In this document: one piece after another, positions 25,315 to 33,872 of the stretch
How positions within the stretch are numbered: position 1 is the stretch's first letter
How the letters are laid out: each line of letters begins with the position of its first letter
From: Acidobacteriota bacterium
Lineage (GTDB): Bacteria > Acidobacteriota > Terriglobia > Versatilivoradales > Versatilivoraceae
Assembly: GCA_028875135.1 (NCBI GenBank)
Contig: JAPPFQ010000091.1
Coordinates: forward strand, 1 to 37,724
Reading direction: 5' to 3'
Length of the DNA: 37,724 nt
Notes under the pieces: model-generated
What the model was told of the DNA's origin: nothing
The model's database searches: none
What the model saw: the letters and a program-made list of their open reading frames with translations, nothing else
Translations under genes and position numbers: made by a program

Positions 25315-26562
25315 ATGAGAATCACCGATCTTCATTGTATGCGCTTGCTGGGCCCGCGACCCCATGGGGGTGGTGGGAAGCCCGGCACCTTTTCCAAGCT
25401 CCTGGTCAGAATCGATACCGACGAGGGTAGTTACGGCCTGGGAGAGGCCGAAAACATGATGGGAGTAAAAGAGGGCATCGAATATCTAAGGGCATGGCTG
25501 ATCGGCCGGGATCCAATGGCTGTGCGCCCCTTTTTCTCCGAAATGCTTTATGGGACCGTACCTCCCCATCCCAGATTTCGGGTCTATGACCCCATCCGTT
25601 TCGAGAAGACTTATCGCCCGTCCCTGATCTGCTCTCCGACGGCGACGCCGACCGGGCCCGTGATCTGGGCCCTTAGCGGAGTAGAGATGGCTTTACTCGA
25701 CCTCGCCGGCAAGATCCTGAATACTCCAGTCTACAACCTCCTGGGCGGACGGTATCGTGATCGGATACGCATCTACCTCGATCGGAGCGCTCCGGAAGCG
25801 GTCGACGATCTGGACGCTTGGAAGAAAATGGCCGAGGACTCGGTCAGGGATGGTTTTACCCAGCTGAAGTTCGACATCGACTATACGGCGTCTGACCTCG
25901 TCGAAGACTTCTGGAACCGCTCCATCCCCCTTCAACAAATGAACGGGATGGTCCGAAGACTGAAGTCCGTTCGCCAGACGGTCGGGCAGGACGTCGAACT
26001 ATGCGTCGATTGCCATATGCAATACAACGTCGTCGATGCCGTGCGGCTGGCGCAGGAACTGGCATTTCTCAAATTGATGTGGCTTGAGGATCCTACTCCC
26101 ATAAGCAATCCCCAAGCCTGTGCCACGGTCCGGGAAAAGAGTCCGATTGCCATCTGCATCGGAGAGATGTTCATCGCCGAGCAGTTCCGGCTCTTCATCG
26201 ATGCCAAAGCCTGCGACATCATCCATCCCGATGTCCTTTTCTGTGGGGGGCTGCAGGAAGGCAGGCGGATCGCCGACTACGCCGAGTTGCACTACCTCCC
26301 CATGGCCATGCACGGAAACGGAGGATGCCTGGCAACCATAGCCGCCGCGCACCTGGCAGCGGCCACCCGCAATTTTCTGGGTCTCGAATACCATTTTTGG
26401 GAGGCACAATGGGTGGGCCGATATGTGAACCGCGAAGGGGTTTCCCTCTTCAAAGATGGATACCTTCCCCTCACCGATGCCCCCGGTTTCGGAGTCGAGC
26501 TCAATGTGGAGGTCTGCCGCGAGCACTTGGCACCGGGGGAGACGTTGTTCTCCGAGCCTTAG
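25315..26562 (+). CDS. enolase-superfamily protein, mandelate racemase/muconate-lactonizing family (probable acid-sugar dehydratase)
   Basis: The N-terminal capping domain is MRITDL...LLVRIDTDEGSYGLGEA. The barrel metal-ligand blocks are CVDCHMQY, MWLEDP and ICIGEMF, and IIHPDVLFCGG is also present. An SD-like GAGGAGTAGAGG lies upstream. Confidence 0.88.
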   Translation: MRITDLHCMRLLGPRPHGGGGKPGTFSKLLVRIDTDEGSYGLGEAENMMGVKEGIEYLRAWLIGRDPMAVRPFFSEMLYGTVPPHPRFRVYDPIRFEKTYRPSLICSPTATPTGPVIWALSGVEMALLDLAGKILNTPVYNLLGGRYRDRIRIYLDRSAPEAVDDLDAWKKMAEDSVRDGFTQLKFDIDYTASDLVEDFWNRSIPLQQMNGMVRRLKSVRQTVGQDVELCVDCHMQYNVVDAVRLAQELAFLKLMWLEDPTPISNPQACATVREKSPIAICIGEMFIAEQFRLFIDAKACDIIHPDVLFCGGLQEGRRIADYAELHYLPMAMHGNGGCLATIAAAHLAAATRNFLGLEYHFWEAQWVGRYVNREGVSLFKDGYLPLTDAPGFGVELNVEVCREHLAPGETLFSEP

Positions 26563-26618
26563 CCGCCCTTCATTGTCTGGTAAAGAAAGCAGTATCCTGG
26601 AGACGAAGTGTACCCCGC

Positions 26619-28001
26619 ATGATCCTCCTGCTCATGGTTGCCATCGCCGTTTGGGCTCAGCCGACCGGTACCCTTGATCTGGCTCCGGCTGAGATCTATC
26701 CGTTCATCCCCCTGGAAACCCTGACGTCGGACTCGACCCCATCTTTTGACGAACTGACAGAAGCACCACCGGAAAACGATGTTTCCGGCTGGCATTTCCG
26801 TCTGGCCCGTCATTACCACCGCCGGGGTCATCCGATTGAGGCGGCCCGTCACGCCCGCCGTGCTGCGGAATTGCAGGGTGCGGAACCGTCCCACCAGTTG
26901 TTTCTGGCGAGTATCTACTGCAGGATGCAACGTTACGAGCTGGCCCGGACTGTCCTGGCAGGGGTTCTGTCCAGACAAGAACTCGCCTCCGAAGGGCGTA
27001 TTCTGCTCGCCTACATCCTCCAGCAAACGGGTGAAATGGAGGCACAGCACGGACTGTTGCAGGAAGTCCTGAAATCCGATCCGCAAAACCCTTACGCCCT
27101 TTATCTCGCCGGAGTTTCATACTTTCGGCGCAATCGACACGAGAACGCGCTACAGACCTTCCAGGCTGCTGCCGTTGCAGGATTGGATCTGGCCGAGCTG
27201 CACTTCTATATGGGCCGGATCTATGCTCGGGATGCGGCGACTTTTGAACAAGCCATTCAGGCCTTTCAGCTTGCAGACCGATCCGACCGGAAGTCACCAG
27301 AACTGAAGAAGGAGCTAGGCCTGATTTTCTATCGCACCGGCCGGTATCAGGAAGCGCTGGCAGAGCTCAGAGTAGCCGTTCAACTGCAGCCGGAGTTTCC
27401 CCAAGCCTTCCATATCATGGCCCAGGTCTATCAAAGAGTGAGCCGTCTCGAAGAGGCCGGACAGGCACTGGCACGCTATCAAGAGCTCACCCACAATCAG
27501 GCGGTCCGCGAAAACAACCGCAGGAGAGGCCAGATCGCCTACCAGGAAGGCCGAACCCAACTCTCGGAAAAAAGACTTGATGAGGCCTCCAGAAGCTTCC
27601 GGGAATCGCTTCAGTTCCTACCCGAAAAGGATGCATCCTATTATGCTCTGGCCAGTATCCACTATCGGCGGCGGAAACACGCCCAGGCCATCGAGTTGGT
27701 TCGCAGGGCTATTACAGTGAATCCCCTCATCGCCGATTACCACATTCTGCTCGCCGAGAGCCTGGACAAGCGAGGCGATTTCCGATCGGCTATCGAGTCG
27801 ATGCAGAAGGCTCTACTCTTGTCGCCACCGAGGGCGCGACTTTCCAACTATCTGGGCAACCTGTGTTTCAGATCGGGTGACTATAGCTGTGCCGCCGATG
27901 CTTACCGAGCAGCGTCCGAGCTGGAACCGGACAACCGATTCTATCGGATGAATCTGGACAGTGCGTTGCGCCGACTGGCGCCATATGAGAGCAAGAAGTG
28001 A
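26619..28001 (+). CDS. TPR-repeat protein with N-terminal signal peptide
   Basis: The ATG at 26619 gives MILLLMVAIAVWAQP (signal-like). Multiple TPR units follow (YALYLAGVSYFRRNRHENALQTFQ, ELGLIFYRTGRYQEALAELRVAVQLQPE, NYLGNLCFRSGDYSCAADAYRAASELEPDN). The longer ORF form from 26325 overlaps the upstream gene by 238 nt, so I rejected it. Confidence 0.85.
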   Translation: MILLLMVAIAVWAQPTGTLDLAPAEIYPFIPLETLTSDSTPSFDELTEAPPENDVSGWHFRLARHYHRRGHPIEAARHARRAAELQGAEPSHQLFLASIYCRMQRYELARTVLAGVLSRQELASEGRILLAYILQQTGEMEAQHGLLQEVLKSDPQNPYALYLAGVSYFRRNRHENALQTFQAAAVAGLDLAELHFYMGRIYARDAATFEQAIQAFQLADRSDRKSPELKKELGLIFYRTGRYQEALAELRVAVQLQPEFPQAFHIMAQVYQRVSRLEEAGQALARYQELTHNQAVRENNRRRGQIAYQEGRTQLSEKRLDEASRSFRESLQFLPEKDASYYALASIHYRRRKHAQAIELVRRAITVNPLIADYHILLAESLDKRGDFRSAIESMQKALLLSPPRARLSNYLGNLCFRSGDYSCAADAYRAASELEPDNRFYRMNLDSALRRLAPYESKK

Positions 28002-28041
28002 TCGGTTTTAGCCTGTGAACCGAAATAATGTCCTGTATTCG

Positions 28042-28980
28042 TCATTCGGGAAACGGTTCCAACCACTGCGGCAGTTCATTCTGCATCCGGTTCCGGTAGG
28101 TTGCAAAGGCTTCCTCACGAGCCCCCAGATAAGGTGGTAACAGCCGGAGGGGAAACCCGGGATGATGGAGTTTGAATATCAGCTTATCGTAGGTGCCGTC
28201 CATGTGGCTTCCATTCATCTGCAGGGCTCGCAAGATACTCGAATGATGATGCAGGTCCTTGAGGAGCTGCCTTAAACGCCCTTCATTCCTGCCTGTCTGT
28301 CCTAACTCGAAAAGTTCGCTGGCCAGCAGGCGATTCGAAGCGGCAATGGCTATCAGTTGACCACACTTGAGGCCTTTGAGACTTGCTTCAGCATACCCGA
28401 TGTCACCGACGAAATGGCAAAGCTGGGGAGCCCGTTCAACGGCAGACCGGATCGTGGACATTCCAACTCGTCCGGCCCATTTGACCGCGACCAGATTCGA
28501 ATAACGTTCTGCCAGTACGGACAACTCCCCGGGGCTCAACCAGCGCAGCCCCCTGGGAACGTTATAGAAAAGAAAGGAACAGTCAGGATTTCGCCCGCAG
28601 GTTGTTTCGAAGAACAGGTCCCTTTCGAGATCATTCAGTTCTCCCCAAGAAGGAAATGACAGCTGAAAGCTGGCGAAACCGAGAGCCCGGCCCACCTGTA
28701 TCCGTTCCTGGATCTGCGGAATAGCAAGGGCGATAATGCCCAGTTGTCTGAGGCTGGTCTTGCCTTCGGTTTCTTCGGCAAAAACACGGGAGATGCTTTC
28801 AAACTGATTCAGAGTCAGCGCGTAGCCTTCCCCCGCCGTACCGAACAAGTAAATGCTCGTCTGGTCCTTGGCCAGCTGGCCGCGGACGACATCTCGAAAC
28901 AGGGATTCATCCAGTTCGAATCGATCGGTCCAGGGAAGTGCACAACTGCACAGGATACGGGGACTCAGCCTGAGTTTCAT
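28042..28980 (-). CDS. DapA/N-acetylneuraminate-lyase-family class I (Schiff-base) aldolase
   Basis: Family blocks are YLFGTAGEGYALT (GT.GE), FLFYNVPRG (YN.P) and NLVAVKWAG (position of the Schiff-base Lys). The ATG at 28980 gives MKLRLSPRIL.... The substrate cannot be assigned by eye. Confidence 0.75.
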   Translation of the reverse strand: MKLRLSPRILCSCALPWTDRFELDESLFRDVVRGQLAKDQTSIYLFGTAGEGYALTLNQFESISRVFAEETEGKTSLRQLGIIALAIPQIQERIQVGRALGFASFQLSFPSWGELNDLERDLFFETTCGRNPDCSFLFYNVPRGLRWLSPGELSVLAERYSNLVAVKWAGRVGMSTIRSAVERAPQLCHFVGDIGYAEASLKGLKCGQLIAIAASNRLLASELFELGQTGRNEGRLRQLLKDLHHHSSILRALQMNGSHMDGTYDKLIFKLHHPGFPLRLLPPYLGAREEAFATYRNRMQNELPQWLEPFPE

Positions 28981-29116
28981 GTAAACGCTCGACGAACCTA
29001 TTGTATGATCTCTCTGGAAAACAGACAACGTAGAAGCCGGCGATGGTGTCCTTCCTCAGACCGGGCGAGCTGAACTTCTACAATCTTCGGAGGCTACTCA
29101 CGAGACGAGGACGTAC

Positions 29117-30832
29117 ATGAGCCTGCGAGTCTTGTTGGTCGTCGGATCACTTGTAGGACTATTTCCCACGGTTTTCGGTTCTGTTTCCCTATCCGAGCAT
29201 CAGAGACCCCCCGGCGCTGAAAGTGATTCGTTCAAGCCTGTCTTCACCGAGGTTACGGCTGCTTCGGGCATTCACTTCCGTCATCACAATTCACCGACTC
29301 CTTCCAAGTACGTGGTCGAAACGATAGGTTCCGGGTGTGCTTTTTTAGACTACGACCGAGATGATTATCTGGATATTTTTCTGGTCAATGGGGGTCGGCT
29401 TCCTGGCGCCGAGAAAGGCGCGCCCCCGGATCACGCTCTCTACCGAAATCGAGGAGACGGGACTTTCGTGGAAGTCGGAAAGGAGTCGGGGATCGAACGA
29501 AACCGTGCCTTCGGTCAGGGGATTGCAGTGGGAGACTACGATAACGACGGATTCGACGATCTGTTCCTCACCAATTTCAACGGACCGAACCTGCTCTACC
29601 GAAACCAGAAAAATGGGACATTCATGGAAGTGGCCGAAAAAGCCGGACTTACCTCCGACGGCCGGTGGAGTGCTGGAGCCGCCTTCCTGGACTACGACAA
29701 CGACGGGCGTCTCGATCTGTACGTGGCTCGCTACATCGACAACACCTTCGAGAACAACCTCAGATGTGGCTCTCTGGTCGACGACTCTCTGCACACGTAT
29801 TGTACCCCGGAGGTCTACGAAGGTGTTCCGGATCTATTGTACCGAAATCACGGGAATGGGACTTTTTCCGACGTCACCGCCGCTTCCGGTCTGGCTCGTT
29901 TCGTCGGGAGCGGCCTGGGCGTCATCACGTTTGACTACAACGAGGACGGTTGGACAGATATCTACGTGGCTAACGACACGGATCCTAATTTCTTATTTGA
30001 GAACGAAGGTGACGGAACCTGGAAGGAAGTAGCGATGTCCAGGGGAGCAGCAGTCGATGTGAACGGCAATGCGCAAGCCGGGATGGGGGTTGCGGCGGGC
30101 GATTTTGACAGAGACGGCCTGCCAGACCTGGCGGTCACCAACTTCGATTTCGAGTATCTGATCTTGTACCGGCAGCTCCCCGGGGGCTTCTTTGAGGATG
30201 CCAGTTCTCTAGCCGGGGTGGAGATTCCCAGCTCAGCCTACGTCGGTTTTGGGTTGGGGTTTTTGGATTTTGACAATGATTCGGATCTGGATCTCTTTGT
30301 GGCCAACGGTCATGTCTACGACAATGCCCATCGGGTTTTTCCCGGATCAAGTTACGAACAGCCGAAACTTCTTTTTGAAAATTCCCAGGGCAGATTTGCG
30401 GAAGTTGCCGCCCGTCACGGCAAGGCTCTGGTTCTGCCCCAGGTGAGCCGGGGCACCTGCTTCGGTGATTACGACAATGACGGAGACCTGGATGTTCTTG
30501 TCACCAATTCTGGTGCTTCTCCAATGCTGTTGCGGAATGACGGCGGCAATCGAAACAACTGGATTTCGTTGCGGCTGATCGGTACAGCGTCAAACCCCAA
30601 TGGGATCGGCGCTCGGGTCAGATTGACACTGGACAACCTGGTATTGGAGTCCCAGGTCAGTGGGGGAGGCAGCTACTATTCCGCCTCGGACTATCGGCTG
30701 CACTTTGGCCTGGAGGATCGGGATGTCATCCGGCGCTTGGAGGTCTTCTGGCCTTCGGGAACCGTGGATGTGCGGACAAAGATTTCCAGTCGGCAGTTTC
30801 TTGTCATCCGAGAAGGGGAGAAGGGCGAATAG
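29117..30832 (+). CDS. CRTAC1-family protein: FG-GAP/VCBS repeats plus C-terminal ASPIC/UnbV domain, secreted
   Basis: The signal peptide is MSLRVLLVVGSLVGLFPTVFG. Repeated FLDYDRDDYLDIF, VGDYDNDGFDDLF, FLDYDNDGRLDLY, FDYNEDGWTDIY, GDFDRDGLPDLA and GDYDNDGDLDV loops are present. The C-terminal NWISLRLIG..SNPNGIGARVRL...GGSYYSASD..LHFGL is ASPIC/UnbV-like. Confidence 0.9.
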   Translation: MSLRVLLVVGSLVGLFPTVFGSVSLSEHQRPPGAESDSFKPVFTEVTAASGIHFRHHNSPTPSKYVVETIGSGCAFLDYDRDDYLDIFLVNGGRLPGAEKGAPPDHALYRNRGDGTFVEVGKESGIERNRAFGQGIAVGDYDNDGFDDLFLTNFNGPNLLYRNQKNGTFMEVAEKAGLTSDGRWSAGAAFLDYDNDGRLDLYVARYIDNTFENNLRCGSLVDDSLHTYCTPEVYEGVPDLLYRNHGNGTFSDVTAASGLARFVGSGLGVITFDYNEDGWTDIYVANDTDPNFLFENEGDGTWKEVAMSRGAAVDVNGNAQAGMGVAAGDFDRDGLPDLAVTNFDFEYLILYRQLPGGFFEDASSLAGVEIPSSAYVGFGLGFLDFDNDSDLDLFVANGHVYDNAHRVFPGSSYEQPKLLFENSQGRFAEVAARHGKALVLPQVSRGTCFGDYDNDGDLDVLVTNSGASPMLLRNDGGNRNNWISLRLIGTASNPNGIGARVRLTLDNLVLESQVSGGGSYYSASDYRLHFGLEDRDVIRRLEVFWPSGTVDVRTKISSRQFLVIREGEKGE

Positions 30833-30891
30833 CACCAGCCGCGGAGCCACGGTCTGAATCGTCAAATGGAAGAGCCACAGGGGGTGAAATC

Positions 30892-31713
30892 ATGTCCTTG
30901 ACCTTCATTCACATCACCGACACCCATCTGGGAACCACTTGCGACGAGCTGGTTTATTTTTACGCTCCCGGACAGGCCTTGAAGGCGGTATTGAAGCAAA
31001 TCGCAGCCGATGGTGCTTATGATGCCTCTTTAATCGTCGATACTGGGGATATGATTCGGGACTGGTCGCATCCTTCGGCCTATGAAACAGGCAAAAAGAT
31101 CTATGGTTTAGAAGAAAAGTCACCAGCTCCCGGACCTCTCAGGATGCGTGCCGAAGGAATGGATCTGCCCTGGTATTATGTTCCGGGGAATGTCGACAAC
31201 CGCCCAGAGTGCCGGAAAAGGCTATTTGCTCCAGATCCCGGAACGGCACTTTTCAACTACACGTGGAAGGCGCAGGGAATTCGCTTTCTCAGCCTGGACT
31301 GGGGAGCGTCCGGGACCAATCGTTACACGTTGACTTCCCAGTCCTTTAACTGGCTAAAGAAGCAACTGAATCAGAGCTGCCCTACTGTCATTCTCACCCA
31401 TCACCCTCCCGTGTCCATAGGCATTCCGATGTTTGACGAAATGACACCGCCGGATCTGAACCGTCTCCACGAACTCATTGCCGGTTCCCCGGTGCTGGCC
31501 ATCTTTCACGGACACACCCACCATCCGTGGGAGAATCGGATTGACGGGATCCCGGTATTCGGAACCGGCTCGGTGACCTACAGGCGCTGTTTGCATCACA
31601 ACTACGAGCAGGGCATGGTGCTGGAGATCCATCCCCCACAGTATCGGGTCGTGACCATACACAGTGACGGTTCGGTGTCTGCCCCGATTCACGAAGTACC
31701 CTGGCGATCATGA
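30892..31713 (+). CDS. calcineurin-like metallophosphoesterase (CpdA-like) with variant motif III
   Basis: Motif I is HITDTH, II is DTGDM, IV is LTHHPP and V is FHGHTHH. Motif III reads PGNVDN instead of GNHD/E. An SD-like GGGGGTG lies upstream. Confidence 0.85.
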   Translation: MSLTFIHITDTHLGTTCDELVYFYAPGQALKAVLKQIAADGAYDASLIVDTGDMIRDWSHPSAYETGKKIYGLEEKSPAPGPLRMRAEGMDLPWYYVPGNVDNRPECRKRLFAPDPGTALFNYTWKAQGIRFLSLDWGASGTNRYTLTSQSFNWLKKQLNQSCPTVILTHHPPVSIGIPMFDEMTPPDLNRLHELIAGSPVLAIFHGHTHHPWENRIDGIPVFGTGSVTYRRCLHHNYEQGMVLEIHPPQYRVVTIHSDGSVSAPIHEVPWRS

Positions 31714-31805
31714 AGTGATCTTGTCTCTGTGGATGAAACTTCGGTCTGATCTTGCCGGCAGGTTGGAAGAGGACGGCTCAAGATCGATCCGGTTTCACAA
31801 CCGAT

Positions 31806-33728
31806 TTACGCTCTTGAGGTCGAAAGCCGCACCTGAAGCAACTCTACAGGCACCGATGGGTCACCTTGCTGAGCTGGTTCCACGCTCAACTCAAGAGAAT
31901 TCGGTCCTTTTCTGATCAGATTCCCGGGCAACTGCAGGCCGATCCACGACTCCTGACTAGGTCCTGATCTTTCGACCCCCGGCGGGAAGCCGCTTTGGAG
32001 ATCCATCCACTCCCGGCCGTGTTCGGAAGACGCTTCGGAAACGGCAGTACCGTTGAGGGTCCACCTGACGCGCCGCTGATCCACATCTCCCTTCCACTGG
32101 ATGAGAAGGATGGCTTGGTCTATCGAATTGGGAGCATCCGAGACATTCAGCGTAAACTCCACACCTGCCACCCCGCTGACCGTGGTGAGTGCACGGGGAA
32201 TTTGAGCAGGATAGCAGGCATCGGCCAGAGCCCCCTGCCCAGGCCGAACCGGAAAATCGGGGTCAACCTGGTACAGCTTGTTTCCGTGAGCCAGCTCGGC
32301 GGGCTCTGCCAGCCTCGGCACTGTGCCGAAATCCTCCGGATCAGTGGGTCCGTGATGAGTGTGCCAGTCATAGAGGTAAATGCCATCGACTCCTTCTTGC
32401 CAGAAACGGTGGGCGGCGGCGCGGACCGCGTCATAGTTGGAAGGGTCGTCGTTGGTGATGGCCGGGTCCCGGACATCGAACTTGGGCCGGCCGGTTCGGA
32501 ACAAGGGATGAATGCGGTCCAGGCAACCGTAAACGGGGACCTCGTGCCGTTGTCCCAATTCAACCCATTCCTTCATGGGAATGGAGAAGGGCATCAATCC
32601 CGAACCGGCCATCAACAAGTCGACCCATCCCTGCTCCGTCCAGGTTTCCGGATCCAGTCCTACCGCAAGACACAGCTCCATGCTGTCCGGAACACGCACG
32701 GCAAGGAGAATCGGCCGGCCCTTCTGCTGAGCGAAATGATCGAGCCGCCGGCGCACCTGGTGAACGAAATCGTTCATGATGGGAATGTTTCGCCGCTGCT
32801 CGCCCAGCTTGAAAAACATGGGCATCCGGATCCAGTCCAGTTCGACTCCGTCGACGTCATAGCGCTGGCAGATGCCTTCGACGACTTCCAGAAAATGGGC
32901 CCGGGTTCCCTCCAATGCGTAATTGTAGGCAGGCCACGACCAGAGATCCCGGGACGCCAATCCCCTTCGGTCCAGCACGTCCTTGAGGGGATTCTCCGCG
33001 ACGACTTGGCGTCTCAGCTCGGACTCTGAGGGAAGTACATTGGAGGGTGTTTTTCCCTGCTGTGCCCTCTGTTCCTCCAACCGGATGAATTTCATGACCC
33101 AGGGCAGATATTTTTTTTCCCAATGTTCCTGCGAGATGTAACCGAGCAGCAACTCGGGGTGCTGGAGCCGAAACGGCACCCAGTACCCTCGATTGGGAGG
33201 GAAGTAGGCGGCATGCGTATCATTCATTCGAATGGAATAGAAGAACTCCATCCCGTTACGACGAGCGAAGTCGACGACGTGTTTGACCGGGTTGGGCGCC
33301 AGGACGGCAATCTTCTCGGTGGGAAACTCCCAATCAGGTTCGTTCGTGTGGCCATTGTAAAAGATGGAGTTCACCTGAGTTCCTTCCAGGTATTTCATGG
33401 TGTAACTCAAGTATTGATCCACCGACCGAACCGGTGCCGGGAACGTTCCCCGCCCACGGGCAGTACTCTGGATGTCACTTCCGTCGTTGTTCCACACCAG
33501 CCGACGATTACGGCGGCGAGCCGCAAGGCGGTCTCTTGGAATCGATCGTGACCTCACGGCAGGACCTGCACTCTCCTGACTACAAGCCGTAGCCAGTGCA
33601 GAAACCGTTGCCAACTCTTTCAAAAAGACTCTTCGGTTCTCCAATTCGTTCCTCCTCTGAAGATCCTTACTGTCAGCCGTGCTTCGCCGGCCGGCATCAA
33701 ACCCTCGGTAACAATCTAATGGCGGCAT
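31806..33728 (-). CDS. Tat-exported protein, TIM-barrel / glycoside-hydrolase-like by pattern (family not identified)
   Basis: The Tat motif is ENRRVFLKELATVSALATA. Alternating strand-like blocks are LVWNNDGSDI, NSIFYNGHTNEPDWEFP, FFYSIRMNDTH, DGVELDWIRMP, ILLAVRVPD, VDLLMAGSG and DGIYLYDWH. The ORF is 640 aa. A decayed paralogue lies at 5221-6089. Confidence 0.8.
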   Translation of the reverse strand: MPPLDCYRGFDAGRRSTADSKDLQRRNELENRRVFLKELATVSALATACSQESAGPAVRSRSIPRDRLAARRRNRRLVWNNDGSDIQSTARGRGTFPAPVRSVDQYLSYTMKYLEGTQVNSIFYNGHTNEPDWEFPTEKIAVLAPNPVKHVVDFARRNGMEFFYSIRMNDTHAAYFPPNRGYWVPFRLQHPELLLGYISQEHWEKKYLPWVMKFIRLEEQRAQQGKTPSNVLPSESELRRQVVAENPLKDVLDRRGLASRDLWSWPAYNYALEGTRAHFLEVVEGICQRYDVDGVELDWIRMPMFFKLGEQRRNIPIMNDFVHQVRRRLDHFAQQKGRPILLAVRVPDSMELCLAVGLDPETWTEQGWVDLLMAGSGLMPFSIPMKEWVELGQRHEVPVYGCLDRIHPLFRTGRPKFDVRDPAITNDDPSNYDAVRAAAHRFWQEGVDGIYLYDWHTHHGPTDPEDFGTVPRLAEPAELAHGNKLYQVDPDFPVRPGQGALADACYPAQIPRALTTVSGVAGVEFTLNVSDAPNSIDQAILLIQWKGDVDQRRVRWTLNGTAVSEASSEHGREWMDLQSGFPPGVERSGPSQESWIGLQLPGNLIRKGPNSLELSVEPAQQGDPSVPVELLQVRLSTSRA

Positions 33729-33872
33729 CCTGGAGTGCGGAAGCCTGTCCTCCGCTCGTCAACGCAGCGTTCCAGGTTCCTTTTTGCAGCACATGGCTGC
33801 TTCTCACCCGAGTCTGAATCACGACTGCTGACGGACGGCACGCAGAAAACAATTCCTAAACCTGAACGATTA

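Noticed and set aside
26325-26618. An upstream extension of the second TPR gene (558-aa ORF form) overlapping the enolase-superfamily gene by 238 nt.
   Set aside because: The extension translates to Arg/Pro/Gly-rich sequence that reads like an out-of-frame shadow of the overlapping gene. The ATG at 26619 gives a clean signal peptide (MILLLMVAIAVWAQP) just after the upstream stop.
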